Under the pieces are notes generated by a model. The model was not told where the DNA came from. It was given only the letters and a program-made list of their open reading frames with translations, and did no database searches. The position numbers and the translations under genes are program-made. DNA of 64,000 bases from Octopus sinensis (taxonomy: Eukaryota), in assembly GCF_006345805.1 (NCBI RefSeq), contig NC_043008.1, forward strand, positions 68,386,001-68,450,000, in the 5' to 3' direction. How positions within the stretch are numbered: the stretch's first letter is position 1; every line of letters begins with the position of its first letter. Positions 26,230 to 39,959 of the stretch are shown here, piece by piece.

Positions 26230-26235
26230 AATAAA
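26230..26235 (+). terminator. Candidate proximal polyadenylation signal AATAAA of the zinc-finger gene
   Basis: AATAAA about 30 nt after the stop. A second AATAAA at 26706-26711 and repeat-free T-rich sequence to about 27700 suggest a longer alternative 3' UTR. Confidence 0.45.
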
Positions 26236-28108
26236 GAGTTTAAAAGTTCAAATCACATCACCAGCTCTGCTCTGCATGTTGTCCATAACGAAGACTTGGT
26301 TATAACTGGCTCAGTCCACCAAACTGTAAATAGGTACCATAGTGTAAATATACGACATTGCTGTATTTGGTAAGAACTCTAACATAAGCAAGTGATTTGT
26401 TAGCTTGCAATTTTTAAGTTCAAATCCTTGTGTGGGGTCTGGATAAGGTAATAAGAAGCACACTCCTGTGCATTCTTCCCTGAAATATTTTGTAGATATT
26501 TTATATACAGGGAATTACCAGAATCTTCTTTGATTTGGTAGCCAAGGTTTTTTTTTTCTTTTTAATTTAAAGAGATTATTAATGTAAATATGGTATAGTA
26601 TTTACTGGGATTTTACTATTTACAGAATAAGGAACAATCTCAATTCTTAGTTTTTGTTAACGTTAGAAAGCTATCTTTGAATGTTCAGTTAGAGAGTTGT
26701 ACAGAAATAAAAAACCTTGCAATGTTGTACAGACAAAAAAAACAACAAATTAAAAAAAAAATGCAAGAAAAACATATACTGATGCAGGTGAAGTAATCTT
26801 CTGAAAGGCACTAAGGAACACTCACTAAATATTTCATTAAAGATCATTATAAATGCACTGAGATCAAGCTTTGAGCTCCCAAGATGTAACCACATGTATT
26901 CTTTGTCCAATTGTCTCATATTTTATCTCTTCAAGGTATTGATGTTGGGATTCTTGTTAAAGGGAGTGGAATTCGATTTCTTTGTACTGTTGAGTTATTC
27001 TTCATAAAGAACCTTACTTTGAATTTCATGACAATCAGAAATGTTGTTTTAAATTGATTAAGGTATATTAATGATGATTTGTGAAAATGAAATCCTTGGT
27101 GAGTCCTGCTTAATATTGGTGTCATAATATTTATTTTCACTTTAGTGTATGTATTTTGGCCTTATTAAACTATACAACTTTTTTGTGATTGTAACCATAT
27201 TTCTCAGAAAAGATTCATTCAATAGATTCTGTTTTTTTTTGTTGTTTTTCTTTTCATCTTATTCATTCTGTGATCTGTTTCTGTGATTATATAACAACCA
27301 GTTTTAACATAACAAACAGCTATGCCTCTCCCAACACACATGCACACACATACACATTGACATTTCCTTGTCAAGGTTGTTTCCAAAGTTTCTTCATCAA
27401 TGCTGAAGATTACCATTTTTAACAGCTGTGCTTTCTAAAGTTTAAGATCGCAAAATCAACCCTGAAGCGATGAAAATGCTTTTTGTCTAAGTGATTGTTG
27501 TTGGGTACCTTCCTCTCGTTCATTTCTTTTCCTTGCTCTCCTTTTTTTTTCACCTTTAGCTTACTGCTGGAAAGTAAACCACACCAACAACTCTTTCTAG
27601 TCTTTTCCTACAAATTAGGTTGGCTGTAGAATAAAAGAGTAATAATTCTTGCTGGAACCACAAAAGTGTTTCTTAGGTACACTCCCTGTACAAGATCTAT
27701 TTGGCGATTCTTTTCTGCACCCTAAACAGTTACATTTTACAGCAGGCAATGGGGTGAATCTATGAAGTGTCCAGAAAAAAATATGTAATCCCTGCTAGCA
27801 CGGAAAAACATGGAAAACAAATATATGATGTTTGTGTGTGTGTGTTGGTGGTGGTTTTTATTTCTCTTCTTGCATGCTATGATGGGTGAGACTGTGTGTA
27901 TGTATACACACAAACACTCACACACACACATATGTATTAAAATGCAACTATACTATCTATTAAGGGTCTTTCACATCATATGAGTTGCTTAATATTTTTT
28001 TTTTGGAGCAATAAAGTCCACATGAAAAATTTTTGATAAAAAAAGATTATTGAGAACACAATTGCATTTTCGGTACACACTCACATACAAACATCCACAC
28101 ACATCCAT

Positions 28109-28154
<46 letters not shown>

Positions 28155-28959
28155 TCATACTTTAACATTCATTTTCCATGCTTGCATGGGTTGGACCTAT
28201 ATATATTCCAACTTATTCAATTATATACATATATATTCAAATAAGTATATAATCGAATAAGTTGAAGTGAACAAGAAGGAGTACAGTTGGACATTTGTTT
28301 GTAATCACTACAAATGTTTCCACACTATGTAATTCTCCAAGTTTGCAGTTATTTGGTTATGTAATCTTTTCCTTGAATTATGGGATCTAGTTGTGTTTCC
28401 TCAAGTGAAGTATAAATATTGAATCAGTAAATTCAAATTCTCGGCTTCAAGTACATCCTTTCTGTCTGTTGTGGCCTGTGGGTTAGTAGTAGCCACTGAG
28501 TTCGTTTAACGTCTGCTTTCCATGCTAGCGTATCATGAAATGTGTCATGGCTGAAACTCTGTTGATAAACTGCTTGGAATGTATCTATGGAGTTTGGGTG
28601 GTGGTCATGATGCTGGGGTTCTTGTTAAAGTGAGTGGCATTCGATTTCTTTGTACGGTTGAGTTATTCTTCATGGTTGGTTACATTTCCAATTGCCCTTG
28701 GCTGACCTTCAAGAATTCACTGGTCAATCTGTTGACATCATTTTGTATATATCTACATTTATATACAGCTATACGTACACATGTATGCTCACACACACAC
28801 ATTTACATACTATATGTATATATAGATACATGTACACACATGTATATACTTAGACATGCATATTAATATATGTACCCATACATACATGTACACACATATA
28901 TATATATGTAAATACACTCATCCATACATACATATACATGCACCCAGACATGCATATAA

Positions 28960-30900
28960 TCATCATTTAATGTCCATTTTCCATGCTGACATAGGTTGGA
29001 TAGTTTGACCAAAGGCTGATAAGCTGGGGAGCTGCAGCAGATTCTGATCTGATTTGGCAAGGTTTCTACGGACGGATGCCCTTCCCAACGCCAACCACTG
29101 CAAGAGTGTATTGGGTATTTTTTACGTACCACTGGCACAGGTGCCATTGACTTGACACCAACATCGACACAACTATGGTCTCACTTGGCTTGACAGGTCT
29201 ATACAAGCACAGTATATTGCCAAAGGTCTCGGTCACCTGTCACTGCCTCTGTTAGGTCCAACACTCAAACAGTGCTTTTTACATGCCACTGGCACAGGTG
29301 CCAGTCACACAGCACTGGCATTGGCTACAACTACGATCTCACTTGGCTTGACAGGTCTTCTCAATCATGGCATAACGTCAAAGGTCTCAGTCACTTGACA
29401 TTGCCTCTGTGAGCCCCAACATTCAGAGATCACACTTCACCACCTTGTCCCATGTCTTCCTGGGTCTACCTCTTCCACACTGTTAGAGTATGACACTTCT
29501 TCACACAGCTGGCCTCGTCAATATGCATCACATGACCATACCAGTGCAGTTATCTCTCTTGCACACCACATCTGGTGCTTCTTATGCTTACACTCTTTTG
29601 TGCGTGCACACTGACATTATACATCCAGCAAAACATATCAGCTTCATTTCTTACAAGCCTATGCATATCCTTGGCAGTCGCAGCCCATGTTCCATTACTG
29701 TGTAGCATGGCTGTTCACACACAGGCATCATACAATCTGCCTTTCACTCTGAGTGAGAAACCCTTTGTTACCAGTAGAGGTAGGAGCTCTCTGAACTTTG
29801 CCCTGCCTATTTGTATTCTAGCAGCTACGCTCTAGGAGCATCCACCCCAACTACTGACTTGGTCACCTAGGCAATGGAAGCTGTCAACTACTTCTCCCCA
29901 ACTCCCTGGCACGTGACAGGATCTGTTTTCTATACATTTTAGTGTTAATTGTACCTGTGCACCTTCCACACACAAAAACTATTTTCCTTGTTAACCTTCC
30001 CCTTATATTGCTGCACCTCTTATGTGTCCATAGCTTACACCATGTACATCTTATGGTGTTTCTACCTACACCTTTTCTGCAGATCATGCAGGGCCATCTA
30101 CCTGAAGGAATTTGTGATTTGTCTGCTTTCCTACTTACTAACACTTTAGTTTTTGCTAGGTTTACTCAAAGGCACTTCTATTCTAGACCTTGCTTCCATA
30201 CCTGAAACTTCTCACTCTAGTTCTTGTAGTGATTCAGCTATAAGAGCAAGGTCATCAGCATAGAGGGGCTCCCAAGGGTAGCCTGCCTTAAATTCCTTTG
30301 TTATTACCTAGAGGACTATGATGAACAAGAGGGGGCTGAGGACTGATCTTTGGTGAACCCCTACTTGTAGCATGCATTCTTACACTATACTCATTGCCAA
30401 CCCTCACCTTACTGACAGCATTCCTATACATGGCTTGTACTGCTCTCACCAACCACTCATCTATCCCTAGTTTCCGCATTGACCACCAGATAAGGGATTG
30501 GGGGACCCTGTCAAAGGCTTTCTCCATGTCAACAAAATCCCAATACAGAGGTTTATCTTTGGCTAGGTATTTCTTCTGCAGCTGTCTTACCAGAAATATA
30601 GCATCAGTGGTGCTTCTCTCTGACACAAAACCAAACTGCCTCTCATCTAACTTTCTCCCTAATTAGTTGGGCTTTGACCCTCTCTGTAACTGTCATCACC
30701 TGATCCAACAATTTGATACCTTTGTAATTATTTCTATCTAAGGCATCACCTTTACCTTTGTAGCAGTTGACTATGGTGCTGCTACACCAGTCATTGGATA
30801 TGACACCTTCATGCACCACCTAGTTAACAATGCGGGTGACTAGAGCAAAGCCTGCACTGCCAGATATTTTAAGCATCTCAATGGTGATTCCTGATGGGCC
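28960..30900 (-). mobile_element. 5'-truncated RTE-clade LINE fragment (RT remnant, Cys-rich motif, 3' tail)
   Basis: ORF remnants STTDAIFLVRQLQKKYLAKDKPLYWDFVDMEKAFDRVP (reverse transcriptase) and WPCMICRKGVGRNTIRCTWCKLWTHKRC; runs into a (GAT)n tail near 28960. Confidence 0.9.
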
Positions 30901-30990
30901 AGGGTTCTTTCTCTGTCTCTATATCCTTAATTGCTTTATCTACCAAAGTACTGTACATTCAGTTAGCTGGTCCTTCAGTTGAGTCAATGC

Positions 30991-31023
<33 letters not shown>

Positions 31024-31164
31024 CAACATATGTATATATATATATGTACATATACATATATATGCATGTATATAATTAAGCAGGTACATATTACACATAC
31101 CTACATATATCCAGATGTCTGTGCTTGCATATTTAAACAGACATGGTCACATGTGCATATCTAC

Positions 31165-31350
31165 ACACAGAGTTTACAGAGGCAATATTTATATATCACC
31201 TGAGGAAACACAACTAAATCCCATAGCGCAAGGAAAGGGTTACCTAACCAAATACCTGCAAATCTGGAGTACTATGTTGCATGGAAACAATTGTAGTGAT
31301 TACAAATAAATGTCCAACTGTACTCCTTTTTGTTGGCTCCAACTTATTCA
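31165..31350 (+). mobile_element. About 190-bp Penelope-like repeat with hammerhead-like motif; inverted copy at about 28243-28430
   Basis: atcac-CTGAGGA...GAAA-CAATTG-TA-gtgat then AATAAA. A diverged reverse-complement copy lies 2.8 kb upstream. Confidence 0.5.
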
Positions 31351-31774
31351 ATTATCTGTTCACACATAACAGAAGCCATAACACAAATCTAGCAGTATGT
31401 ATAATACTACTAGTGGATAACACCAGATGAAATCTGAAGGTGGACAAGCTTTATACTGTACTGCACTATGTTCTTAACAGAATATAACATAACTACACAC
31501 ACACAGTGATGCTGGACTGGCTCCTGTGCAGGTGGCATGTAAAAAACACCATTTGACATGGCCATTGCTAGTACTGCCTGACTGGCCCTCATGCCGGTGG
31601 CACATAAACACTCACTACACTCTCGGAGTGGTTGGTGCTAGAAAGGGCATCCAGCTGTAGAAACTTTGCCAGATCAGATTGGAGCCTGGTGCAGCCATCT
31701 GGTTCGCCAGTCCTCAATCAAATCATTCAACCCATGATAGCATGGAAAGCGGACATTAAACAATGATGATGATG

Positions 31775-31813
<39 letters not shown>

Positions 31814-31835
31814 ATATATAATATATATATATATA

Positions 31836-33050
31836 CAGGGTGCATAAGATATTTGAGGACAAATTTATGTTTATAAAAATGCATATATAATAACAGATAA
31901 CTTTATCAAAAAATGCTATGAGTATAAAAAATAAACCTTCTTTTCTATAATGTTATTCAATAAAGCCACCTTCAGCCGCAACAACTGTTTCTATATGAGA
32001 TCTAAATCATCTACATGCTCTAATCAAGTGGTCCTGGTTCCTTTTGGACATTATTCTGACTATGGCGGCTTTCAAAGAATCTTTGTTGTTATGGGCTTGT
32101 TCATTGACCTCTCTCTCAACAACACTTCACATGTAATAGTCCAATGAATTGAGATTTGGGGAATTAGGAGGCCAAATGTTAGGGGTTATGTGATCATGAA
32201 AATTTTCAGCCATTCATTCCTGTGATACTAGAGCCATGTGTGGTAGTGCAGAGTCTTACTGAAACACATATGGCTTTCCATTGCATACCCTGTCTATCCA
32301 GGGCCTAACAACTATTTCCAGAACTCTCAATGTAGGCAGGAGAGTTAACTCTAAGGCCTTGTGGAAAGAAGTAAGGTGGCATCACATGTGCTTCATTGCT
32401 GACAACCCCTAAAACCATGATAGTTGCAGGGAATTTTGTATGCATAACACTTGGAACATCAGAAGGATCTGCACAAAACCATCTGTCATTTCTTCTGTTA
32501 ACTTTTTGATCTTGGTCGAAGTTTTTCTTGTTTGAGAAAAACTAAATCACATCTTCAACTGGATTTTTCAGTTTGTTTAAGAGCCTTTTAGATCTGATGT
32601 TGTGATTTTCTTTTGCTTTTTCTGACAAATTGACCTTTCCTCATCATATAAGACTTATATCTGATGTCTTCATGAACAATATTTCTGACTGTTCCTTCTG
32701 ACACATGGAGATCTTTCGCAATTGACCTCATGGTCTTTCTGGTATTGTAACCAATGGTCTGTTGAACTTGTTCTGATGATTTCAGAGTGTTTAGGATGCT
32801 TTTTATGCTTTGATACTGGTGATATGTTTCCATCTTCAGTTTCTAGCTCCTTACAAACCTTGTAGATGAAAGATCTGGCAACTTCTAAAAATCAAGATAT
32901 TTCTAAATCGCTACAACAGCATGCCTCTTCATTTCTTGAGTAATCTGAGGGTCTGCCATTATTATTTTCTGAAATAATGATTATACAGAGTTAGCAAAAA
33001 TGCAGCAATGACCCCAAAAAGGTATGTCCTCAAATACTTTATGCACCCTG
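31836..33050 (-). mobile_element. Degenerate DD37D Tc1/mariner element with well-preserved TIRs
   Basis: TIRs cagggtgcataagatatttgaggaca / tgtcctcaaatactttatgcaccctg, TA at both ends. Minus-strand remnants RSIAKDLHVSEGTVRNIVHEDIRYKSY and DSALPH...IWPPNSPNLNSLDY (37-residue D-D spacing) with stops. Confidence 0.9.
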
Positions 33051-33929
33051 TATACATGCATACATACATATACATGTGTGTATCTGTATATATCTATGTA
33101 TGTATACATGCACTTCTAGGCTTCATCACTAATTCTGTTCTCAACCAAGTTGAATGCAGTTTTTTAGCAATGTCAGTCCAGTTTTCAGCTATATTTCAAG
33201 ATTGAAATATGGTTCATTAAAAAAAGTGAGATCAAAAGTGGGAAAGTAAGGCAAAAATGACTTTGAATCAAAATTTTTATTTTAAAAGCAAAGTATAGAG
33301 TAATTGGGTTTAAAAGTGCTCATTGGAAAGAATCTTTTGGTGAAAACCTCGTTAAAAAGTATAAGCTACAAAAAAAAGTAGTGTGGCTTTAAGTGAAAAA
33401 AAAATGGTAAGTAACCCCCAAAATTGACTTTGAATTAAAATATCTCAACTTTTGTAAAAGAAGAATCCTATGAGATGAATTTTATGGTAAAAACCTTTTA
33501 AAAAAATATTAGCTCCAAAAAAATTATGTGGCTTTAAATGACAGAAAAATTGTGATAATTTTAAGAAATCAAAATATTTTGTCTTTTTAAGATAACAATA
33601 TTATTTGAACTCAAATGAAAAAGTTCAAGATGAATATTTTGGAGAAAACCTCATCTAAAAATATTAAGAACAAAAAGTTATGGGTTTTGGATTTCATATT
33701 TTTATTATTCTGTTTGTTTTAAAATATGTATATATTGAAAACATTAAAATAAAATAAAAATTTCACTCATTAAAAAACTAATTATTAATTATTTAATTAG
33801 AATATAACATTATTTTATAACAAAAATTGTTTTAAAATATATTTGTTTGTAACAGATATGCTGTTATTAATCCTTTGGTACTTTTATGTGCAAACAAAAT
33901 TTTTAAGTTTGTACAAAATCTATATTTTA

Positions 33930-34420
33930 AAAATATCTGTATATATATATAAGGCAAGATGTGTGTGTGTGCACGTGATTGTAGTTTATGCACATCCACA
34001 AATTAGCACACATGTCGCTCAAATTTTAAGAGGATATTCGTCAACATCCTATCTGGGTTTTGTCAACTTATTTTTTTCCCGAGGCACCCACGGATAGCGG
34101 TAAAATTCTATTTTCAACCATAGCTTTTAGCCATAAAAAATATCAGCCATTGATTTTTGATGGTATCTAACAAAAAAAAAATAAGATAAAGAAAAGTGGA
34201 AGAAAGAGGCAGAGAGTTTCATGGGAAAGACAAAGTGAGAGAGGGAGAGAGAGAGAGAGTAAGTGGTGACGTTCATAAAAATCTATTTTTAGCCATTAAA
34301 AAAAATAAGATAAAGAAAAGTGGAAGAAGGAGGCAGAGAGTTTCACGGGAAAGACAACATGAGAGAGGGAGAGAGAGAGAGTGAGAGTAAGTGATGAAGT
34401 TCATAAATAAAATGTAAAAT
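33930..34420 (+). mobile_element. Probable Helitron-like 5' fragment with an approximately 120-bp tandem duplication
   Basis: tatatatataaggcaagatgtgtgtg... start; two copies of aaaataagataaagaaaagtggaaga...gttcataaa at about 34176-34283 and 34298-34410. Confidence 0.4.
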
Positions 34421-35121
34421 GTTTTGTTTTTTCTTAAACACAAGATATGTTAGTTAATTTTTTGGCTCAAAAAGCAAGGCCATGTAGGGGGATATGGAGT
34501 TATGTACAGGGTGGTGTTCATGTAAAGAGTTCAGGCCACTTGAGGTCAAGGGAGACTAGTGTTCAAATTCAGGATGTTTTTGAAAGACACTATATTTTAT
34601 AATCATAGTATATATACTTTCTCACACAACAATTACAATATATTTATTTTAAATCATTTATTTATTTTAAATCGTTCATCTTTCTCCCCCTTCTCTCTCT
34701 CTCTCACACACATTACTTTGGGTGCGAAAGAGTTTTGTTTTTATTTTACGCCAAGTAAAAAAGTGTTATGTTGAGAATCCATTTCTTTAACAACAAAGAA
34801 ACAAAGAGGTGAGTAACAATTTGTCAGTGAATTACACAATATAAATGGGTACAATTTCCAAGGCTTCCACCACACCCCACTCCATTTCATGGACCACAAA
34901 AAGGGTTTTGTAGCATATTAAGATGCCAGAGTAGTTGATTCCATGCAAAGAAAACGATTTTTTTTCTTAGTGAAAATCATGCGAGTGTTAATCTACAAAT
35001 TTAACAACATTTTCCCATTCATTTCTGTTTATGAACATGTATGCATGCACAAAACATGCAATAGGTGTACGTGTGTATATGTGTGTTTGTGTCTGTTGCC
35101 CATATATATTTATATTATATA

Positions 35122-35518
35122 CTAGCAGTGTCGCCCGGCGTTGCTCGGGTTTGTAAGGGAAATAACTATATAAGCATTTTTAGAGAGTTATAGCCAAAAA
35201 ATAGCAAAAAAATGCATTAAAAATGGGAAAAAAATGATGGTAAATTTTTTTTAAATCGTTGACTCATCGTAGACATTTTTAGAGAGTTACTTCCCTTATA
35301 TAATAGCGAAAAAATGCATTAAAATGGAAAAAAATGATGGTAAATTTTTTTTAAAATTGTAAACTCATCGTAGATGTGCGGTAATATCCAGAAGGGCTCG
35401 ATATGAATCACGACTATAAGATACCCGGTTTTGGTTAAACTGCACCGCAAAATGTGGGAGTAGTTAGGAATCTAAATCGTAGGAGACAGACACACAACTT
35501 CACTTTTATATATAAAGA
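35122..35518 (-). mobile_element. Non-autonomous Helitron variant with internal duplication
   Basis: Same termini as 20902-21414; lacks the central segment and carries an approximately 100-bp internal duplication. Confidence 0.8.
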
Positions 35519-35529
35519 TATATATAATA

Positions 35530-36034
35530 CTAGCAGTATCGCCCGGCGTTGCTCGGGTTTGTAAGGGAAATAACTATATAAGCATTTTTAGAGAGTTACT
35601 TCCCTTATAAATTCGGGCTTTCTTAGCCATTTTTATTTGGTGTCTTCAAGCCATGAAGTCGTTGTTCTAAAAGAACGCTGGTTTCCTTCACAACGCATTA
35701 CGACGTTGATTTCTTTACACTCCCTTCCCCACAGCTTCACGAGGGAGGGAAGGGGGAGAAGCAAACAGGTGCAGCTGTGAGCGTGGGCGCCAACTCCGCC
35801 GCCATCGACATACGATGCATTTTATGCATTAAAATGGAATAAAAAATTATGTTAAATTATTTTTAAACTCGTAGACTCATCGTTGACGCGCGCTAATAGT
35901 CAGACGGGCTCGATATGAATCACGACTATAAGATACCCGAATTTGGTTAAACTGCACCGCAAAATGTGGGAGGAGTTAGGAATCTAAATCGAAGGGGACA
36001 GACACTCACACAACTAGAGTTTTATATATATAGA
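35530..36034 (-). mobile_element. Non-autonomous Helitron
   Basis: TC...hairpin-CTAG termini; sits in tandem 11 bp from the previous copy. Confidence 0.85.
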
Positions 36035-36138
36035 TATATATATAACATATATAATATAACCAATTTCAACAGATTTTGCCCAAATTTGACGTCAATATTA
36101 CTTAATTTGGTTTGAAATAAAGAACTTGATTAGCTTAA

Positions 36139-36358
36139 CCCTTTTGTTACTGTATTTATTTTGAGATGCTCTGTGTTTCTTTCAATTATTTTGAATATAA
36201 CAAAGAATTTAGTAAAATAACTTAGTTATCATTAAGCTAGCGTTAGGAACATAAATTGTGACTAAGGTTTGGTGGAAGATTTTAATTCAAAACTTATGAA
36301 AACAAGACATTTTACCACAGAGCCAGAGCCGGTTTTGGCCGGGTTAGTAACAAAAGGG
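36139..36358. mobile_element. piggyBac-type MITE
   Basis: TTAA|CCCTTTTGTTACT ... AGTAACAAAAGGG|TTAA: perfect 13-bp TIR and TTAA target duplication; 220 bp. Confidence 0.85.
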
Positions 36359-36417
36359 TTAATAATCGTAACTTAATCCTGGACAAGGCCGGGTTATACT
36401 GCTAGTTTATAATAGTT

Positions 36418-36618
36418 TTGGGTTGGTGCATAATTATTGCGGCTTTTTATCAACAAAAACAATAACAACATGTAACAAAAACATTTTAAAATTATTATTC
36501 CGGAGCATATTCACAATCTACTTCAATTACTGCTTCTCATTTGCTTGGCAGACAGTCAGATTGTTATTTAAAGATGTTTTTGTTGAAAAAATGCTGCAGT
36601 AATTGTGCACCAACCCAA
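36418..36618. mobile_element. Mariner-type MITE (cecropia/Hsmar1-like TIRs)
   Basis: TIRs ttgggttggtgcataattattgcggc / gctgcagtaattgtgcaccaacccaa; 201 bp; non-coding. Confidence 0.8.
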
Positions 36619-36729
36619 TGTCATTTTTTTTAAAGTGAACTTGAATGGAAAATGCGGGTGCAGAATCCTTGAACATTCTTAAATATTGAATCTACCTGCC
36701 CCCCCATCTCTCTCTCTCTCTCTCTCAGC

Positions 36730-37882
36730 CCCTGAGAACTACTATATACTGATGATCTTGCCCTCATAGTGGATTCCATATCAGAGCTAGATGAGAAATT
36801 CCAGGTGTAGAAGCAAAACCTGGAATCTAAGGGCCTTATGGTTAACTTAGCAAAGACCTAAGGCCCTATTATACAAGAAACTGAGAGGAACCTATCCACT
36901 TCAGGTAGGTGGCTCTGTTTTATTTGTAGGAAAGGTGTAGGCGGGAACTCCATGTGGTGTACCCAGTGTAAGCTATGGACACACAAGGTGCAGTGGATTA
37001 ATAGGAAAGTTATCAGAGAAGATAGTTTTTATATGTAGAAGATGCACAGGGTCCATGAAAACTTTAGGACTCAGGAAATCGATTCTTTCAAATGCCCTGG
37101 TGACTCATTAGAGGTAGTAGATAATTTCTGCTACCTAGGGGACCAAATTAGTAGTGGTGGGGGATGCACAGAGAGTGTGATAGCTAGAATAAGAATAGGA
37201 TGGAGGAAACTTGGGGAGCTTTTACCTTTGTTGGCCACAAAAGGTTTCTCTCTCCAAGTGAAAGGAAGATTGTTTGATACAAGTATATAGAAATCAATTC
37301 TATATGGTAGGGAGATGTGGGCCCTGAATGCAGAGGACATGTGAAGGTTAGAAAAGAATGAGGCTAGTATGCTCCACTGGATGTGTACATGTTCGACAGA
37401 GTGCTAGTCTTTTGAGAGAGAAGTTAGGCATAAGAGGAATTTGCTGCTGTGTGTAAGAGAGAAGACAATGCTGGTTTGGTCATGTGATGCAGATGGATGC
37501 TGACGGCTCCATAAAGAAGTGCTGATCTCTCCAAGTAGATGGACCATGTGGAGGTGGAAGACATGGGATGAAGTACTGAAGAATGACCACAGGACACTGA
37601 ACATTTCAGGTGAGATGACAAAAGACCAAGATGTCTGGTACCTTGCTGTATTCAAGAAGATCTGTACTCCTCAGCAGAAGTGTTAAGACTGGTCCCTCTG
37701 GAGGTGTAAAGCACTCATGATGGTGCCATGTAAACACACCCAGCACACTCTGTAAAGTGGTTGGTGTTAGGAAGGGCATCCAGCTGTAGAAACCATGCTA
37801 AATCAGACTAGAGTCTGGTGCAGCTCTGGTCAAACTGTCCAACTCATGCCAGCATGGACAATGGACGTTAAATGATGATGAT
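36730..37882 (+). mobile_element. RTE LINE 3' fragment
   Basis: LYTDDLAL-like RT end, DSLEVVDNFCYLGDQISSGGGCTESVIARIRIGWRK; ends in gatgatgatga. Confidence 0.85.
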
Positions 37883-37909
37883 GATATATATATATGTGTG
37901 TGTGTGTGT

Positions 37910-38410
37910 GTAGCTTAGTAGATAGAGCAATTAAGGATATGAAGACAGGGAAAGCCTCCGTCCCATCAAGATTTGCCACTGAGATGCTTACAATATCTGG
38001 CAGAGTAGGATATGATCTGGTCACCTGTATAGTTAATCGGGTTATCCACGAGGGAGTCAGATCCAATGATTGGTGCAGCAGCATTATAGTCAACTGCTAC
38101 AAAGGCAAAGGTGATGCCCTAGACTGAAATAATTACAGTGGTATCAAATTGCTGGACCAGAGGATGTAAGTTGCAGAAAGGGTCATAGCTTAATGAATTA
38201 GGAAGAGAGTTAGCATAGAGAAGATCCAGTTTGGATTTGTGCCAAGGAGAAGCACCAATGATACTAGCTTCCTGGTGAGACAACTGCAGGAGAAATACTT
38301 GGCCAAAAATACACCTCTGTATCTGGAGAAAGCCTTTGACAGGGTCCCTCACTTCCTTATCTGGTGGGCAATGTGGAAGCTAGGGATAGATGAGTGGTTA
38401 GTGAGAGGTT
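37910..38410 (+). mobile_element. RTE LINE internal RT fragment
   Basis: AIKDMKTGKA...NDWCSSIIVNCYKGKGDALD...QFGFVPRRSTNDTSFLVRQLQEKYLAKN. Confidence 0.85.
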
Positions 38411-39959
38411 TTTAATTTATACAGAAGTCCAGTAGTTTTGAGTAGAGTGGGTTAGTGATATTGTTGGTCCTAGTATTTGACTGGTACTTTGTATTATTAA
38501 CCCCAGAGGAATAAAAGGTAAATTTGCCCTGAGTAGGGTGTTAATTTTGGCACAATAATTTGGATAAAATGTCACTAACCATTTTGTCTGATGTGCTAAT
38601 GCTTTTGCTTGCTCACTGCTTCAATAAAAATAATAACAATTTCTTTATTAGCTGCAAGAGCTCAATGAAAATGAGAACAACACAAAGAATAAGACTACAC
38701 CATGAGTCTTACAAAAGTCTGTTGGAACACAAAAAAAATAATAAAACCACAAAAAATAATAAACATCAACATAGAAAAAGCTTCCAATTTTGAGGAAAGT
38801 TAGCGCCAATCAAGGAGCTGCACATATCCTGGATTACTCTGAACAGCAAAGGAAAATGTTCTCTCTTATCTATCACTTCCACGCCTATATGTACTGCTTA
38901 CAATAGACCCATTTATTTTAGCCATGTTTGCTGTTCTCACAAATCTTTTTGTAAATATATCAGGGTGTAATGATATTTTGATCTTTGGTAATCAACAGTG
39001 TGATGTTTTGGTTGGAGTGAAGTCAATGGAAAGAACACAAATTCCATTGAGATTTTAAGCGCAAAAATATTTCTTGTTTACAAAAAATATTTTGTTGTTA
39101 CCATGAACAACAGAAAATATAGCAGTCCCAAAACACCGAGAAACTGAACCTGGATTACTATATCTGATGCAAAAACACCAGCATAGATTTGACTCAATTA
39201 TAAATGACATCACTAAAAAAAAAATTACCACTCAGATATTTAGTAAAACAAGATTTTAGTAAACAATTCCAACTTTACCACACTTTTTTCTGATAAGAAC
39301 ATCAACCATATGCTCAGCACATTTTGGCACTAGTCAGCAGTCAAAAAGCATGAGTAGCACAGGCTTTTAACAAGTTAGATGTAATATCAAGATCAATTGA
39401 TGACAATGACAATACTACTAGAATCAACCAAATCATTCTAGTGAGACATACAGCTGTCACACTCCTTACACTCTGAGCTTATACTGATTGTAGAACAGTT
39501 ATTCTGGTATCAAAACCTTTTCTGTTGTTCATGGTTGACTTGCGAGTTACTTGATCCTGCCAGTGGTGGTGCCACATATAAAAAAAGCATCCAGTCCACA
39601 CTGTAAAGTGGTTGCGTTTGGAAGGGCATCCAGACATAAAAAGCCATGCCAAAACAGTGAAGCCTAGTGCAATCTTCTGTCTAGCCAACTCCTGTCAAAC
39701 CGTCCAAGCCATGCCAGCACGGAAAACAGACGATAAATGATGGTGATGATGATGACAACGACGACAGAATGGATATCAGTACTATGAATAATCATTGCAC
39801 AACTCGAAGACATATCTTACTTTGTAACGATGAAAATAAAGGGCCATTTCAATTAATAATTTTTTTCCTGTCATTCATTGACTATATACAATCACTATAC
39901 ATATATATTTCACTTGTTGAGTCTAGTGGTGCCCCAGCCCTATGAAATAGGTGAGTTTG

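Noticed and set aside
23617-26234. Antisense and alternative-frame ORFs overlapping the zinc-finger exon (e.g. 23617-23934, 25849-26196, 26016-26234)
   Set aside because: Shadows of the real CDS and of the 24-bp repeat, with no independent signals.
27439-27498. C/D or H/ACA snoRNA
   Set aside because: No RUGAUGA C box with a terminal CUGA, nor an H/ACA two-hairpin layout, could be identified; kept only as a duplicated segment.
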